DNA of 63,362 bases, the filler included, from Candidatus Rokuibacteriota bacterium (GTDB taxonomy: Bacteria > JAUVQV01 > DATDCY01): assembly GCA_031406795.1 (NCBI GenBank). It is 7 parts of 7 records of this genome, joined end to end, with 100 filler letters (N's around TTAATTAATTAA, not from the genome) between each part and the next. Parts side by side here need not be neighbours in the genome. Positions count along the whole stretch, not along the records: positions 25,079 to 53,611 come from JANOHV010000032.1; positions 53,712 to 55,711 come from JANOHV010000043.1; positions 55,812 to 59,149 come from JANOHV010000231.1; positions 59,250 to 61,329 come from JANOHV010000233.1; positions 61,430 to 63,362 come from JANOHV010000229.1; 2 more parts are not named here. One strand, given 5' to 3'. The position numbers and the translations under genes were made by a program. Position 1 is the stretch's first letter. Each line of letters starts with the position of its first letter. Shown in pieces: positions 50,794-61,598 of the stretch. The notes beneath the pieces were generated by a model. The model worked only from the letters and a program-made list of their open reading frames with translations, was not told the DNA's origin and searched no databases.

Positions 50794-52695
50794 CTACTCG
50801 GTCTTCTTCGCGTAGCCGATGTGCTGGAGGGCTTCGGTCATCTCCCCGAGGATCGCCGGGTCGTCGATGGTCGCCGGCATGTTGTAGGGCTCGCTGTCGG
50901 CGATCCGGCGCATGATGCCGCGCAGGATCTTGCCCGAGCGCGTCTTGGGCAGCCGCTTGATGACGGTCGCGGTCTTGAACGCGGCGACCGGCCCGATCTT
51001 CTCGCGCACCATCCTGACCACTTCCTTGACGATGTCGGCGTCGGGCCGCGCCACCCCGGCCTTGAGCACGAGGAAACCGAGCGGCACCTGCCCCTTGAGC
51101 TGGTCGTGCACGCCGATGACCGCGCACTCGGCGACGTCCTGGTGCGAGGAGAGGACCTCCTCCATCGCCCCGGTGGAGAGCCGGTGGCCGGCGACGTTGA
51201 TGATGTCGTCGGTGCGGCTCATCACGTGGACGTAGCCATCGTCGTCGACCACGCCGGCGTCGTAGGTCTGGTAGTACCCGGGGAAGGTGTCGAGGTAGGT
51301 CTTCTTGAAGCGCTCCTCGGCCTGCCAGAGCGTCGTGAAGTTCCCCGGCGGCAGCGGCAGCTTGATGACCAGCGCGCCGAGGACGTTGCGTTCGACCTCC
51401 TGGCCCTCGTTGTCGAGCACGCGCACGTCCACGCCGGGCACGGCCCGCGTCGGCGAGCCGGCCTTGACCGGCAGGTGTTCGATCCCCATGCAGTTGGCGC
51501 AGATCGCCCAGCCGGTTTCGGTCTGCCACCAGTGGTCGATCACCGGGATCTTGAGCAGTTTTTCGGCCCAGTGCAGGGTGTCCGGGTCGCAGCGCTCGCC
51601 GGCGAGGAACAGCGTCTTGAGGCACGAGATGTCGTATTTCTTCAGGTACTCGCCGTTGGAGTCGTCGCGTTTGATCGCGCGAAACGCCGTCGGCGCGGTG
51701 AAGAGGGCGCGCACCTTGTGCTGCGAGATCACGCGCCAGAAGGCGCCGGGGTCCGGGGTGCCGACCGGCTTGCCTTCGTACAGGACGGTCGTGTTGCCGT
51801 TGAAGAGCGGGCCGTAGACGATGTAGGAGTGCCCGACGACCCAGCCGATGTCCGAGGCCGCCCAGAAGACGCTCCCCGGCGGGCAGTCGTAGATGTTGTT
51901 CATCGTCCACTGCAGCGCGACAATGTGGCCGCCGGTGTCGCGCACGACGCCCTTGGGCTGGCCCGTGGTCCCCGACGTGTAGAGGATGTACAGCGGGTCG
52001 GTGGCGGACACCGGCACGCACTCGTGCGGTCTGGCGCCGCCCATCGCCTCCGCCCAAGTGATGTCGCGGCCGGGCAGCAGTTCGGCCTTCGCCATCGGCC
52101 GCTGCACGATCAGGCAGCGCTCGGGCTTGTGGCGCGCCAGCCGGATCGCCTCGTCGAGCAGCGGCTTGTACTCGATGACCTTCTTGACCTCGATGCCGCA
52201 GGAGGCCGAGACGATGACCTTCGGCTCCGCGTCGTTGATGCGCACCGCCAGTTCGTTCGCGGCGAACCCGCCGAAGACGACCGAGTGCACCGCGCCGAGG
52301 CGCGCGCAGGCCAGCATCGCGACGACGGCCTCCGGGATCATCGGCATGTAGATGATGACGCGGTCGCCCTTGCCGACGCCGAGTTCGGCGAGCACGCCCG
52401 CGCACAGGGCCGTCAGGTCGCGCAGCTCGCGGTAGGTGTAGCTCTTCACGGTGTCGGTGACCGGGCTGTCGTAGATCAGCGCGGCCTGATCGGCGCGGCC
52501 GCCCTCGACGTGGCGGTCCAGCGCGTTGTAGCAGGTGTTCGTCAAACCGCCGGTGAACCAGCGGTAGAAGGGGGCGCTGCGGTCGTCCAGGACCATGTCC
52601 CACGGGCGGTACCAGTGGACCTTGCCCGCGGCCTCGCCCCAGAAACCATCGGGATCCTTCAGTGAACGCGCGTGGACTTCGTCGAAGCGACCCAT
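50794..52695 (-). CDS. prpE: Propionyl-CoA synthetase
   Basis: LYTSGTTGQPKGVVRD, ASDIGWVVGHSY, DHWWQTETGW and LPKTRSGKILR. Confidence 0.88.
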   Translation of the reverse strand: MGRFDEVHARSLKDPDGFWGEAAGKVHWYRPWDMVLDDRSAPFYRWFTGGLTNTCYNALDRHVEGGRADQAALIYDSPVTDTVKSYTYRELRDLTALCAGVLAELGVGKGDRVIIYMPMIPEAVVAMLACARLGAVHSVVFGGFAANELAVRINDAEPKVIVSASCGIEVKKVIEYKPLLDEAIRLARHKPERCLIVQRPMAKAELLPGRDITWAEAMGGARPHECVPVSATDPLYILYTSGTTGQPKGVVRDTGGHIVALQWTMNNIYDCPPGSVFWAASDIGWVVGHSYIVYGPLFNGNTTVLYEGKPVGTPDPGAFWRVISQHKVRALFTAPTAFRAIKRDDSNGEYLKKYDISCLKTLFLAGERCDPDTLHWAEKLLKIPVIDHWWQTETGWAICANCMGIEHLPVKAGSPTRAVPGVDVRVLDNEGQEVERNVLGALVIKLPLPPGNFTTLWQAEERFKKTYLDTFPGYYQTYDAGVVDDDGYVHVMSRTDDIINVAGHRLSTGAMEEVLSSHQDVAECAVIGVHDQLKGQVPLGFLVLKAGVARPDADIVKEVVRMVREKIGPVAAFKTATVIKRLPKTRSGKILRGIMRRIADSEPYNMPATIDDPAILGEMTEALQHIGYAKKTE

Positions 52696-52957
52696 CTCAC
52701 CTGCCTCCCCCTGCGAATGATGGCCCTCTCGCCGCGGGATCTCCCATCCCGGCGGCAATCACTAGTACTTCGCTGTATTTTGTCGGGTGAACTTTCGCAA
52801 GTCAAGGATCGTTCGCTGACCGAGATCCGCGCGTACGCGCGGATTTTGGGCTGAGCAGCAGTGCCGATCCCGTCGGCGTTTGCGACGGGCGTATCTCGTG
52901 GTACTATCCAGGAGGATTTCCTCGGGTTTCTGGGGACTCTGTGCGGAGGGAGCGTCC

Positions 52958-53611
52958 GTGAGGGTGGTCGGGGTGGGCGCAGGCTTGATCGCAATGCTCC
53001 TCGGTGCCGGGCTCCCCGACAGCGCGCACGGTGCCGCCGAAAGGCAGCTGGTGGCAAGCGGCTGCTCCGTCAGCAACTTTGGCTATCTCACGGACCTGGC
53101 CGCCGACTACCAGAAGATCACCGGCGTGAAGACATTCGTCCGCGGCGGCGGCAGCGTCATCGGCCTGAAGGACCTCGTCTCCGGGACCTCCGACTTCGCC
53201 GCCTCGTGTCGCGGCCGGCTCCCCGAGGACCCCGCCGACATCGAGTTCGTCCAGGTGGCGTGGGACGCCCTGGTGTTCATCGCGCACCCGAGCACCCGCG
53301 TCGAGTCGATTTCGTATCCGGCGGCGGCCGAGGTCTTCCAGGGCATCGTCAAGGACTGGGGGCAACTCAAGGGGCCGTCCGGCCCGATCACGGTTTTCCT
53401 CCAGCGGCCGACCACGGGCCTCAGCGGCGTGGAGAGCTCGATCCGCACCCAGGTGCTGCGCGGCGGGTCGCCGGCCACCGGGACGAACGTCAGCGAACTG
53501 GCTTCCACGGGGATCGTCGAGCAGCTCGTCGAGAAGACCCCCGCCAGCTTCGGCGCCTCGGGGTTCTCGAGCGCGCGCAAACGGGCGGTCACGATGCTCG
53601 CCCTCGACGGC
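52958..53611 (+). CDS. PstS-like (PBP2) substrate-binding domain protein (3' cut)
   Basis: Signal peptide, VRGGGSVIG, DFAASCR and VAWDALVFIAHP. Confidence 0.75.
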
Positions 53612-53711
53612 NNNNNNNNNNNNNNNNNNNNNNNNNNNNNNNNNNNNNNNNNNNNTTAATTAATTAANNNNNNNNNNNNNNNNNNNNNNNNNNNNNNNNN
53701 NNNNNNNNNNN
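53612..53711. other. Artificial contig linker
   Basis: N-TTAATTAATTAA-N, 100 nt. Confidence 0.99.
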
Positions 53712-53712
53712 G

Positions 53713-53820
53713 GCGACCGGCTCGCTGGTGCTCTCTTCGAACGAAATGAAACCCACGATCGGGGCACTGACCTCCGCCGCTCAGAAGCTCCACGACGAAC
53801 TGGAGAAATTCACCGTCTGA
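53713..53820 (+). CDS. C-terminal end of a probable methyl-accepting chemotaxis protein
   Basis: Helical ...LTSAAQKLHDELEKFTV-stop, resembling an MCP terminus. Confidence 0.5.
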   Translation, partial: ATGSLVLSSNEMKPTIGALTSAAQKLHDELEKFTV

Positions 53821-53825
53821 AGTAC

Positions 53826-53944
53826 GGCTGCTGAAAAGGGCCCATCTGCGGCGTTGGGCTCCTCCCGGTTCCCTGCGGCGGGCACCAGCCCGCCTCAGTC
53901 ACCGGATCGTCGCCCGCCTTGCACCTGGACCCTTTTGATCAGCC
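53826..53944. mobile_element. Putative MITE (~119 bp) with terminal inverted repeats
   Basis: GGCTGCTGAAAAGGGCCCA versus the reverse complement of the other end, GGCTGATCAAAAGGGTCCA (16/19 identical); a related partial end lies at about 55329-55358. Confidence 0.6.
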
Positions 53945-54110
53945 TCTCCGCTACCGTTACGACCGATGAATAGGGGCTGGACCCGGGCAGCGGGCGGGGA
54001 AAGACGATGGGCGTTCAGGGGGTGTTGCCCTCGCTTCGCTGGGCTCGGGAACGGGCCAGACAGGTGGAGGACAACGCCGCGGATGGGAGCGTCCTGATGC
54101 TCAGGGCCAG

Positions 54111-55295
54111 CTACACGGCAAGCCCGGCGGCGTATCCGGACGCCCAGGCCCAATGGAGATTGTAGCCGCCGAGTTCCCCCGTCACGTCGACGACCTCCCC
54201 GACGAAGTACAGGCCGGGGACCTTGCTCGCCTCCATGGTCTTGGAGGAGAGCCCGCCGGTGTCCACGCCGCCGGCCGTGACCTCGGCGGTGGCGTAGCCC
54301 TCCGTCCCGCCGGGGATCAGGCGCCAGTCGTGCAATCCGGCGGCCAGCTCACGCAAGGCTCTTTCGGACACCTGCTTGAGCGGCCGGTTCAACCCGCGCT
54401 GCTCGCACCAGATCCGGGCGAGGCGCTTGGGCAGATGCTCGGCGAGTACGGTGGCGACCTCGGCATTGCCCGGCCGCCGTGCCAGCAGTTCGGCGAGGAT
54501 GTCGGTGTCCGGCAGCAAATCGATGCCCAGCGTGTCGCCCGGCACCCAGAGCAGCGAGGCCTGAAGCGCCGCTGGACCGCTGAGGCCGCGATGGGTGAAC
54601 AACAGCTTTCCCCCGTGGCGCTTCCCGTCGCAGGTGATCGCCGCGTCGAGGCTGACGCCCGCCAGCTCGCCGAAGACCTCCCGGTCGGCCTTGGAGAGGA
54701 CGAAGGGTACCAGCGCCGGACGCGGGGGGACGACGGCGAGGCCGAACTGCCGCGCGACTTCGTGACCGAAACCGCTCGCGCCGAGGCGGGGGTAGGAGAG
54801 GCCGCCGGTGGCGATGACCAGGGACCCGCACCGGAATGTCCCCCGCGAGGTCGCGACGGCGAAACCGGCGACGGCGTTCGGGACGATGCCTTCGACCCGG
54901 CTGCCGAGCTGGAGTGCGACGCGGGCCGCGTCGCACTCCGCCTGCAGCATCGCGACGATTTCGCGCGCGCTGGTTTCGCAGAAAAGTTGCCCGGCCTCGC
55001 GCTCCTGGTAGCGGATGCCGTGTTTCTCGACGAGGGCGAGCAGGTGGTGCGTCGTGAAGCGGGACAGGGCGGACCGGCAGAAGTGCGGGTTGGCGGAGTG
55101 GTAGTGCCCGGCGCCGACGTCGCGGTTGGTGAAGTTGCAGCGGCCTCCGCCCGAGATGCGGATCTTCTCGCCGACGCGCTCGACGTGATCGATCACCAGC
55201 ACGGAGCGGCCCCGCGCGCCGCAGGTCGCCGCGCACATCAGGCCGGAGGCGCCGGCCCCGATGACGATCACGTCATGAGGAGGGCGAGATTCCAC
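54111..55295 (-). CDS. HI0933/YhiN (BaiN-like) flavoprotein
   Basis: IGAGASG, KIRISGGGRCNFTN, ATGGLSYP, LFTHRGLSGPA and LGGYNLHWAWASG. Confidence 0.92.
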   Translation of the reverse strand: MESRPPHDVIVIGAGASGLMCAATCGARGRSVLVIDHVERVGEKIRISGGGRCNFTNRDVGAGHYHSANPHFCRSALSRFTTHHLLALVEKHGIRYQEREAGQLFCETSAREIVAMLQAECDAARVALQLGSRVEGIVPNAVAGFAVATSRGTFRCGSLVIATGGLSYPRLGASGFGHEVARQFGLAVVPPRPALVPFVLSKADREVFGELAGVSLDAAITCDGKRHGGKLLFTHRGLSGPAALQASLLWVPGDTLGIDLLPDTDILAELLARRPGNAEVATVLAEHLPKRLARIWCEQRGLNRPLKQVSERALRELAAGLHDWRLIPGGTEGYATAEVTAGGVDTGGLSSKTMEASKVPGLYFVGEVVDVTGELGGYNLHWAWASGYAAGLAV

Positions 55296-55389
55296 AGTTG
55301 TTTCAGGAGACGCTTCCTCACCGGGCCGGGCGCTCAAAATGGTCCAGGTGCAAGGCGTGCGAGTGCTGAGGAATGAGGCGGAGGACATC

Positions 55390-55580
55390 CAGGGCGGGAG
55401 TGAATCCCGCCCCTACAACCACGGGCGCCATGCATGATCGTAGGGGAGGGGTTGATCCCCTCCCGCGACAACCACGTGCGAGATGCATGTTTCGTAGGGT
55501 AGGGGTTGATCCCCTCCCGCGACAACCACGGGCGCCATGCGTAATCGTTGGGGTGGGGTTGATCCCCTCCCGCGACACAT
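55390..55580. repeat. Tandem array of GTAG-type REP units
   Basis: One inverted unit plus three ~54-bp direct units (GTAGGGGAGGGGTTGATCCCCTCCCGCGACAACCACG) with mutually similar linkers. Confidence 0.85.
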
Positions 55581-55589
55581 CGGCCATCC

Positions 55590-55711
55590 TCATTGCCCGG
55601 CGGATAGTTCGCCCGTCGCCCAGCGGAGGTTGACCTGGGCGGTGAGCAGATCGCGGCGCCCGCGGGCGAGACCGGCGCGCGCCTGCAGCAAGTTCAGCAG
55701 CGCGTCGTCAA
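55590..55711 (-). CDS. C-terminal end of a probable TolC family protein
   Basis: DDALLNLLQARAGLARGRRDLLTAQVNLRWATG. Confidence 0.55.
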
Positions 55712-55811
55712 NNNNNNNNNNNNNNNNNNNNNNNNNNNNNNNNNNNNNNNNNNNNTTAATTAATTAANNNNNNNNNNNNNNNNNNNNNNNNNNNNNNNNN
55801 NNNNNNNNNNN
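55712..55811. other. Artificial contig linker
   Basis: N-TTAATTAATTAA-N, 100 nt. Confidence 0.99.
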
Positions 55812-57245
55812 GATTCCGGCGCGCTGCGTGGCCTCGACGACTTCGTCGACGTCCTTGTAGGCGCCCCCGGCCTCCTCGGCGAGCCCCGCGTAGGAGGCCG
55901 TGCGCACGTAAATCCCCCGCTCGCTCATCTGCCGCTCGAGGACGCGGCCCGAGAATTGCCGCTTCGCCTGGTGGCGGCTCATGACCCGCCCGCTGCCATG
56001 GGCGGTCGTGAAGAAGCTCGGGCCGCCGGTCGCGACACCCGCGAGAAGGTAGGAGCCGGTTTCCATGCTGCCGCCGATGATGACCGGCTGGCCGGAGGCC
56101 CGATAGATCTCGGGCAACTCCTCCCGCCCGGGACCGAAGGCGCGCGTCGCGCCCTTGCGGTGGACGAGCAGCTCCCGGACGCGGCCGTCGACCTCATGTT
56201 TCTCGAGCTTTGCGGTGTTGTGGGCGACATCGTAGACCTGGTGCATGCCGAGGTCGCGGGGGTCTCTCCCGAAGACCTCGCCGAAGACCTCGCGGATGCG
56301 GTGCAGGATCACCTGGCGATTGGCGAACGACATGTTCAGCGCGCACTTCATCGCGGCGAAATAATCCTGCCCCTCGGGCGAGTGGAACGGGGCGCAGGCC
56401 AGCTCGCGGTCGCGCACCGCAATGCCGTAGGTGCTCTGCATCACCTCGAGGAACCGCAGCACGTAGTCCGTCGCCACCTGGTGACCGAAGCCGCGGCTGC
56501 CGCAATGGAACATGATCACCACCTGGTCGGGAAGGGTGATGCCGAAGGCCTCCGCGAGCCCGGCGTCGAAGATGTCCCCGGGCTTCGCCACCTGGATCTC
56601 CAGGTAGTGGTTCCCGGAGCCGAGGGTGCCGATCTGGCGATAGCCCCGCTCGACAGCCTTCGCGCTCACCTTCGTGGCATCGGCCCCCGCGATGCAGCCG
56701 CCCTCCTCGGTGCGCTCGAGATCCTCCTTCCAGCCGAAACCTTCCTTGACGCACCAGGGCGCACCCTGCTCCACGACATGGCGGAAGCGCTCCTGCGAGA
56801 GCTTGATGAAGCCGGTGCTGCCCACGCCTGCGGGAACGCGCTGGTACAGCTCGTCCACGAGCCGCTTCAGGTGCGGCTTCACCTCCTCGTAGGTGAGGTT
56901 GGTGCGCACGAGGCGCATCCCGCAGTTGATGTCGAAACCGATGCCGCCCGGCGAGATCACCCCGGTGGCCGGGTCCATGGCAGCCACGCCGCCGATCGGA
57001 AAGCCGTAGCCCCAGTGGCCATCGGGCATGCACAGCACGTAGCGGACGATCCCGGGCAGGGCGGCCACGTTGGCGATCTGCTCGAAGACCCCGGCGTCCA
57101 TCCCGCGCACGAGTTTCTCCGTGCCGTAGATGCGCGCCGGCACGAGCATCCCCTCGGCCGCGCGGGCCGGGATCTCCCACACGGTATCGGAGATCTTGCG
57201 CAGATCCTTCGGCGCTGCGGCGGCGATTGATTTTCCGGTGCCCAT
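55812..57245 (-). CDS. rtcB: RNA 3'-phosphate/5'-OH ligase RtcB (3' end cut)
   Basis: MPDGHWGYGFPIGGV, GFDINCG, GTLGSGNHYLE, HCGSRG, HNTAK, VHRKGATRA and AHGSGR. Confidence 0.95.
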
Positions 57246-57415
57246 CTCGTACGCCCTCCCGTTGTCGGGCTGAAGCGTTCGGCTGAAATTCTTGCGGTAC
57301 CGGGGCGCAAAGTCAAGGGGCGTCGGAATGCGCCGCTGGGACGCACGCGGGCGAAGCCATGACGCCCCGGCTCCGGCTCCAGGCAGCTGCTACCGCGCGC
57401 GGTCCCTGCCGGGTT

Positions 57416-58969
57416 TCAGCGAGGGGCGCGAGGACGGCGGGCGGTCGCCTTCTCGATGCACGTCTCGACCGTCCCGGCGAGCTCCGGATCACCGCTGACG
57501 CACAGGCTGCCGACGCCTTCCCGGCACGGCACGGCCCCGCCCTGTTCGATCCGCAGTCGCGCGGGCGACCAGGCGAACTCCTCGCGGCCCGGGAAGACGA
57601 TGGCCTGGCGGTGGAACAGAGGCGTCTGCGGCCCGGACGATGCGATCGGGAAGTCCCTCGGCAACCGCGCCGCCAGACAACCGGCCAGCGCGGCCTCGGC
57701 GGGGGTGAGCTGTCCGCGGCGGAATGCGCGGGCATCGAGCAGCGACACCGGGTTGGCGCGGGCGGCGTCGTAACCCGACAGCAGCAGCGCGACGGCCTGA
57801 ACGACCCAGAGCAGGCCGCCGAGGGCGAGCCGGGTTCCCACGCGCGCCGGAGCGCTCTGGGCCCGCTCCTCGGCGCAGACGGCGATCAACGTTGCGAGCA
57901 CCGGGGCCATGAAGGTGGCGAGCCGTGGCGGCCAGATGAGCAGACCGAATCCATAGATGCCGGCCGAGACCACGAGCACCGGCAGCACGAGAAGCAGCGA
58001 TGGGCCGAGGAGCAGGACGTAGCGCCCCGCGCGCCTTCCGGCGAGCGCCCCGCACGACAGGCCAAGGCCCGCCAGCAGCGCGAGGCCGCGCCAGAGCCGC
58101 CACGTCCACTCCGGCCTCCCGGTGCCGAGCACGGCGGCGGAGGTCACCGATAGCGCCTCCTGGAGACGGCCATACGCCACGACCTGCCCCGGTCGCACCG
58201 CGGGCCGTTGCAGGTGCAGCAGCAGCAGACCGGCGGCGAAGACGAGTGCGCAAACGCACAGCATGGCGAGCAGCCGGCGGGCTGCCCGGGCCCGGGCCAG
58301 GGGCTCGTCCCAGGCGCGCCACAAGCGGGAGAGGAACAGCGGGAGCAGCACCGCGGCGACCACGATCGCGCCGTCCTCCTTCGTTGCCGCCAAAACGAGG
58401 GCCGTGACCACCGCCAACCGAACCCGGCCCGCGAGGGTCAGAAGCGCCAGCAGCACGGCGAGCGGCTGATAGGTGAGCTCCGGGTGGAACCCCCACTGGG
58501 GATTGTCGAAGATGAAATATCCCACCGGCGATAAGAGGGCCGCGAGGACGGCGATCCGCCCGGCCGGGGCGAGCAGCGGCGTGCGGGCGACCGCCAGGCC
58601 GGCCGCAAGATACACCGCCGCGAGGGCGAGGATGAGGCCGTAGCCGCCGAACGGATAGGTGAGCGGGAAGAGAGCCGGCAACGTGTAGAAGTTGTGGATG
58701 GCGGCGTGGTTGCCGTAGGCGTTCTCGAAGAGCAGGCGGCCGGTGTAACGGAAGCTTTTGGACATCTGCAGGAACGAGAAGAAGTCCGAGCCGAAGTACT
58801 CGAGCTGGTGGAAGAGCAGCACCTTGCAGGCCAGCCACCAGCCCAGAACGGCGATGACGCCGGCCGTGAGCGCCGCCGTCGCCCGACGCGGCTCGGAGGC
58901 CGGGCCGGGCGGACACCGCTTGCCCCCGACCTGACCGCACGGAAGTCCCGTTCGCATTTCCCCCCGCAA
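57416..58969 (-). CDS. Polytopic membrane protein, DUF2079/GT-C glycosyltransferase-like
   Basis: Many TM helices, SDFFSF, GFHPE and ATKED motifs; start uncertain. Confidence 0.6.
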   Translation of the reverse strand: MRGEMRTGLPCGQVGGKRCPPGPASEPRRATAALTAGVIAVLGWWLACKVLLFHQLEYFGSDFFSFLQMSKSFRYTGRLLFENAYGNHAAIHNFYTLPALFPLTYPFGGYGLILALAAVYLAAGLAVARTPLLAPAGRIAVLAALLSPVGYFIFDNPQWGFHPELTYQPLAVLLALLTLAGRVRLAVVTALVLAATKEDGAIVVAAVLLPLFLSRLWRAWDEPLARARAARRLLAMLCVCALVFAAGLLLLHLQRPAVRPGQVVAYGRLQEALSVTSAAVLGTGRPEWTWRLWRGLALLAGLGLSCGALAGRRAGRYVLLLGPSLLLVLPVLVVSAGIYGFGLLIWPPRLATFMAPVLATLIAVCAEERAQSAPARVGTRLALGGLLWVVQAVALLLSGYDAARANPVSLLDARAFRRGQLTPAEAALAGCLAARLPRDFPIASSGPQTPLFHRQAIVFPGREEFAWSPARLRIEQGGAVPCREGVGSLCVSGDPELAGTVETCIEKATARRPRAPR

Positions 58970-59149
58970 CGCCAGCCGATCCCCCGGACCGCGCGAGTCT
59001 CCTGTGCCCGGCGGGGGATGTCAAGCTTTGGCGAGGTGGGCCTTGAGGCGTGGCGCCGGCCCCGTTGAGGAACCCGCCCCCCCGTGGGACGAGCAAACCG
59101 GAGGGGGTTTAACCCACCCCAACCAAACACGAAACCACCGCGATTTTTT

Positions 59150-59249
59150 NNNNNNNNNNNNNNNNNNNNNNNNNNNNNNNNNNNNNNNNNNNNTTAATTA
59201 ATTAANNNNNNNNNNNNNNNNNNNNNNNNNNNNNNNNNNNNNNNNNNNN
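59150..59249. other. Artificial contig linker
   Basis: N-TTAATTAATTAA-N, 100 nt. Confidence 0.99.
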
Positions 59250-59837
59250 GGCGTGACAGTCGGCGCCGACAACGTGGCCACGGTCAACGCCGGGGTCACC
59301 ACCGCCAATTCGCCCGACGCCACCGTGGCGCGCGATTCCTGGAACTCGCTTTACCAGAGCCTGCAGAACATCACCGTCGATTACCAGAAGGTCGCCCGGC
59401 TCACCGAGGTCACCGGCAATCTCTTCACCGACTACACCATCCAGTCCGGGACGTTGAAGAACCTCCGGCTCGGCGTGGGCGTGAACTACCGCGGTCGCGA
59501 GGTCATCGGCTTCCGCGGCGCGGACACCATCCAGAATCCCTCGAACGCGACCGCCGCGATCGACGATCCCTCCGTGGACGCCTTCACCCCGGTCTACCGT
59601 CCGAGCTACTACACGGCGACCCTGATGTTCGGCTACAACACCAAGATCTTTGAGCGTCAGGTCCGTTTCGATCTCCGGGTTGAAAACGCGTTGGATGAGG
59701 ACAAGCCGCTCTACTACAGCACCGTCATGCGCCCGCCGGGCGGCAACCTCTCCACCCCGGCGCGGGTCGCGACTCCCGATCTCTTCTCCTACATCACGCC
59801 GCGCAACTACATGCTGACGATGTCCGTGGCCTTCTGA
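59250..59837 (+). CDS. TonB-dependent receptor, C-terminal part
   Basis: Amphipathic beta-strands, LRVENALD, PRNYMLT and a terminal Phe. Confidence 0.8.
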   Translation, partial: GVTVGADNVATVNAGVTTANSPDATVARDSWNSLYQSLQNITVDYQKVARLTEVTGNLFTDYTIQSGTLKNLRLGVGVNYRGREVIGFRGADTIQNPSNATAAIDDPSVDAFTPVYRPSYYTATLMFGYNTKIFERQVRFDLRVENALDEDKPLYYSTVMRPPGGNLSTPARVATPDLFSYITPRNYMLTMSVAF

Positions 59838-59916
59838 GTGTGGTTCACTCACCGGAAGGGCGGCGCCGGCACGGATCGGGCCGCCCTTTCATTTTCCGGT
59901 AGCGGGTCAGTTTGGT

Positions 59917-59977
59917 GTAGGTCGGGCTTTATGCCCGACAACCAACCTCCGCCTGTCGGGGATAAACCCCGACCTAC
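59917..59977. repeat. Inverted GTAG-REP pair of a different sequence type
   Basis: GTAGGTCGGGCTTTATGCCCGACA ... TGTCGGGGATAAACCCCGACCTAC. Confidence 0.75.
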
Positions 59978-60089
59978 AAACAATCCCCGCCGAACGACAG
60001 ACCAAACTGGCCCACTACCCATTTTTCGGCTGCCTTGCCGTTCGACCGTCCCATAGTCCGGTTCGCCTTCCCGGCTTAGCACCCCTGAC

Positions 60090-61329
60090 GTGACCACCCT
60101 CCCCGCACTTGCCCCGATCGCCCCGCCGCTGGCCCTGGTGTCGTCGAGTGTCTCGGGCTACGATCTCGGCATCATCGGCGCGTATCTGCTCTTCCTCGCA
60201 TCGATGGGCTGGATCTTCCGGCGCTTCAACAAGGGCAGCACCGACTACTTCGCCGGCGGCTGCCGGCAGACCTGGTGGCTGCTGGGCGCCAGTTCCTTTA
60301 TCTCCAACTTCAGTTGCTGGACCTTCACCGGCGCCGCCGGCATCGCCTACACCTACGGGTTTCTGATCTTCAGCGTGTATGTGACCGACGTGATCGGCTT
60401 CGTGTTCGCCTACGGCTGGTTTGCCCAACGGTTCCGCCAGCTCCGGATGGTGACCGCGATGGACGCGGTGCGGCTGCGCTTCGGGCGGTTCAGCGAACAG
60501 TTTTTCACCTGGTGCGGGTTCATCCGCTCGCTCGGGGTCGCGGCGGTCTGGCTGGTCGGCCTGTCGATCATCCTGTCCTCGGCCTTCGGATTCCCGCAGG
60601 GGCCCGTGATCTGCGTCACGGGGATCGTGGTCATTCTCATCGCCCTGCTCGGCGGCAACTGGGCGGTCGCGGCCAGCGACTTCATCCAGCTGCTCGTGCT
60701 GATGAGCATCACGATCGTGGTCGGCGTGCTGACCCTGGTGAAGATCGGGGGCATCGGCGCTTTTCTCGAACAGATCCCCGCCGACCGCTGGGACGTCTTC
60801 CGTCCGGCGGGCTCCATCCCCTACGACTGGCTTTATCTGGTCACGTTCTTCTTCAGCGCCATATACGACCGCAACGACATCCAGCGCGCGGCGAAATACA
60901 TCCCGGCCAAGGATTCGCGGCACGCGCAGCGGTCCACGCTCATTCCGCTCTTCGGCTACCTGGTCATGCCGCTGTTCTGGTTCATTCCTCCGCTGGCGGC
61001 CTTCACCCTCGCGCCGGATCTGATGAGCCAGAAGCTGATGAACAACCCGGCCGAGGCCTCCTACATCGCGGTCTGCCTGGTCGTGCTGCCGCAGGGCATG
61101 ATCGGCCTGATGATCGCGGCGATGTTCTCCGCCACCATCGCCAGCATGGACGTCGCGCTGAACAAGAACGCCGGGTTCTTCGTGAAGAACTTCTACCAGC
61201 CGGTCCTGCGCCAGCGGGCCGGCGACCGGGAGCTGCTCCTCGCCGGGGAGGTTTCCACGGTGGTCTTCGGCCTCCTGATCGTCGGCCTGGCCGCGTCCGT
61301 CGTCGTGGGTTCGAAGATCTCCCTCTTCG
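60090..61329 (+). CDS. Sodium:solute symporter family protein (3' cut)
   Basis: DYFAGG, SCWTFTGAAG, WAVAASDFIQ and GLMIAAMFSATIASMD. Confidence 0.88.
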
Positions 61330-61429
61330 NNNNNNNNNNNNNNNNNNNNNNNNNNNNNNNNNNNNNNNNNNNNTTAATTAATTAANNNNNNNNNNNNNNN
61401 NNNNNNNNNNNNNNNNNNNNNNNNNNNNN
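61330..61429. other. Artificial contig linker
   Basis: N-TTAATTAATTAA-N, 100 nt. Confidence 0.99.
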
Positions 61430-61598
61430 GACCTTTGGCCTCGTGGCTCGCCTCATCAATCACTTCCACCGCCCATTGCCTCCAGTTGCGGAAGTCGGGC
61501 TACAGTCGAAAAACGGCCTCCACCAAAATTCAGCTCGCCCTCGGCCGGCGTTGCGGGCTTGCTGTGCGCACGGGCCGTCACGCATTCTGGATGTTTTT

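Noticed and set aside
53611..53820. Operon linking the PstS-like protein to the MCP fragment
   Set aside because: They are separated by an artificial linker, so adjacency is unproven.
55390..55580. CRISPR array
   Set aside because: Spacers are short and similar to each other, the repeat is a dispersed REP, and no cas genes are present.
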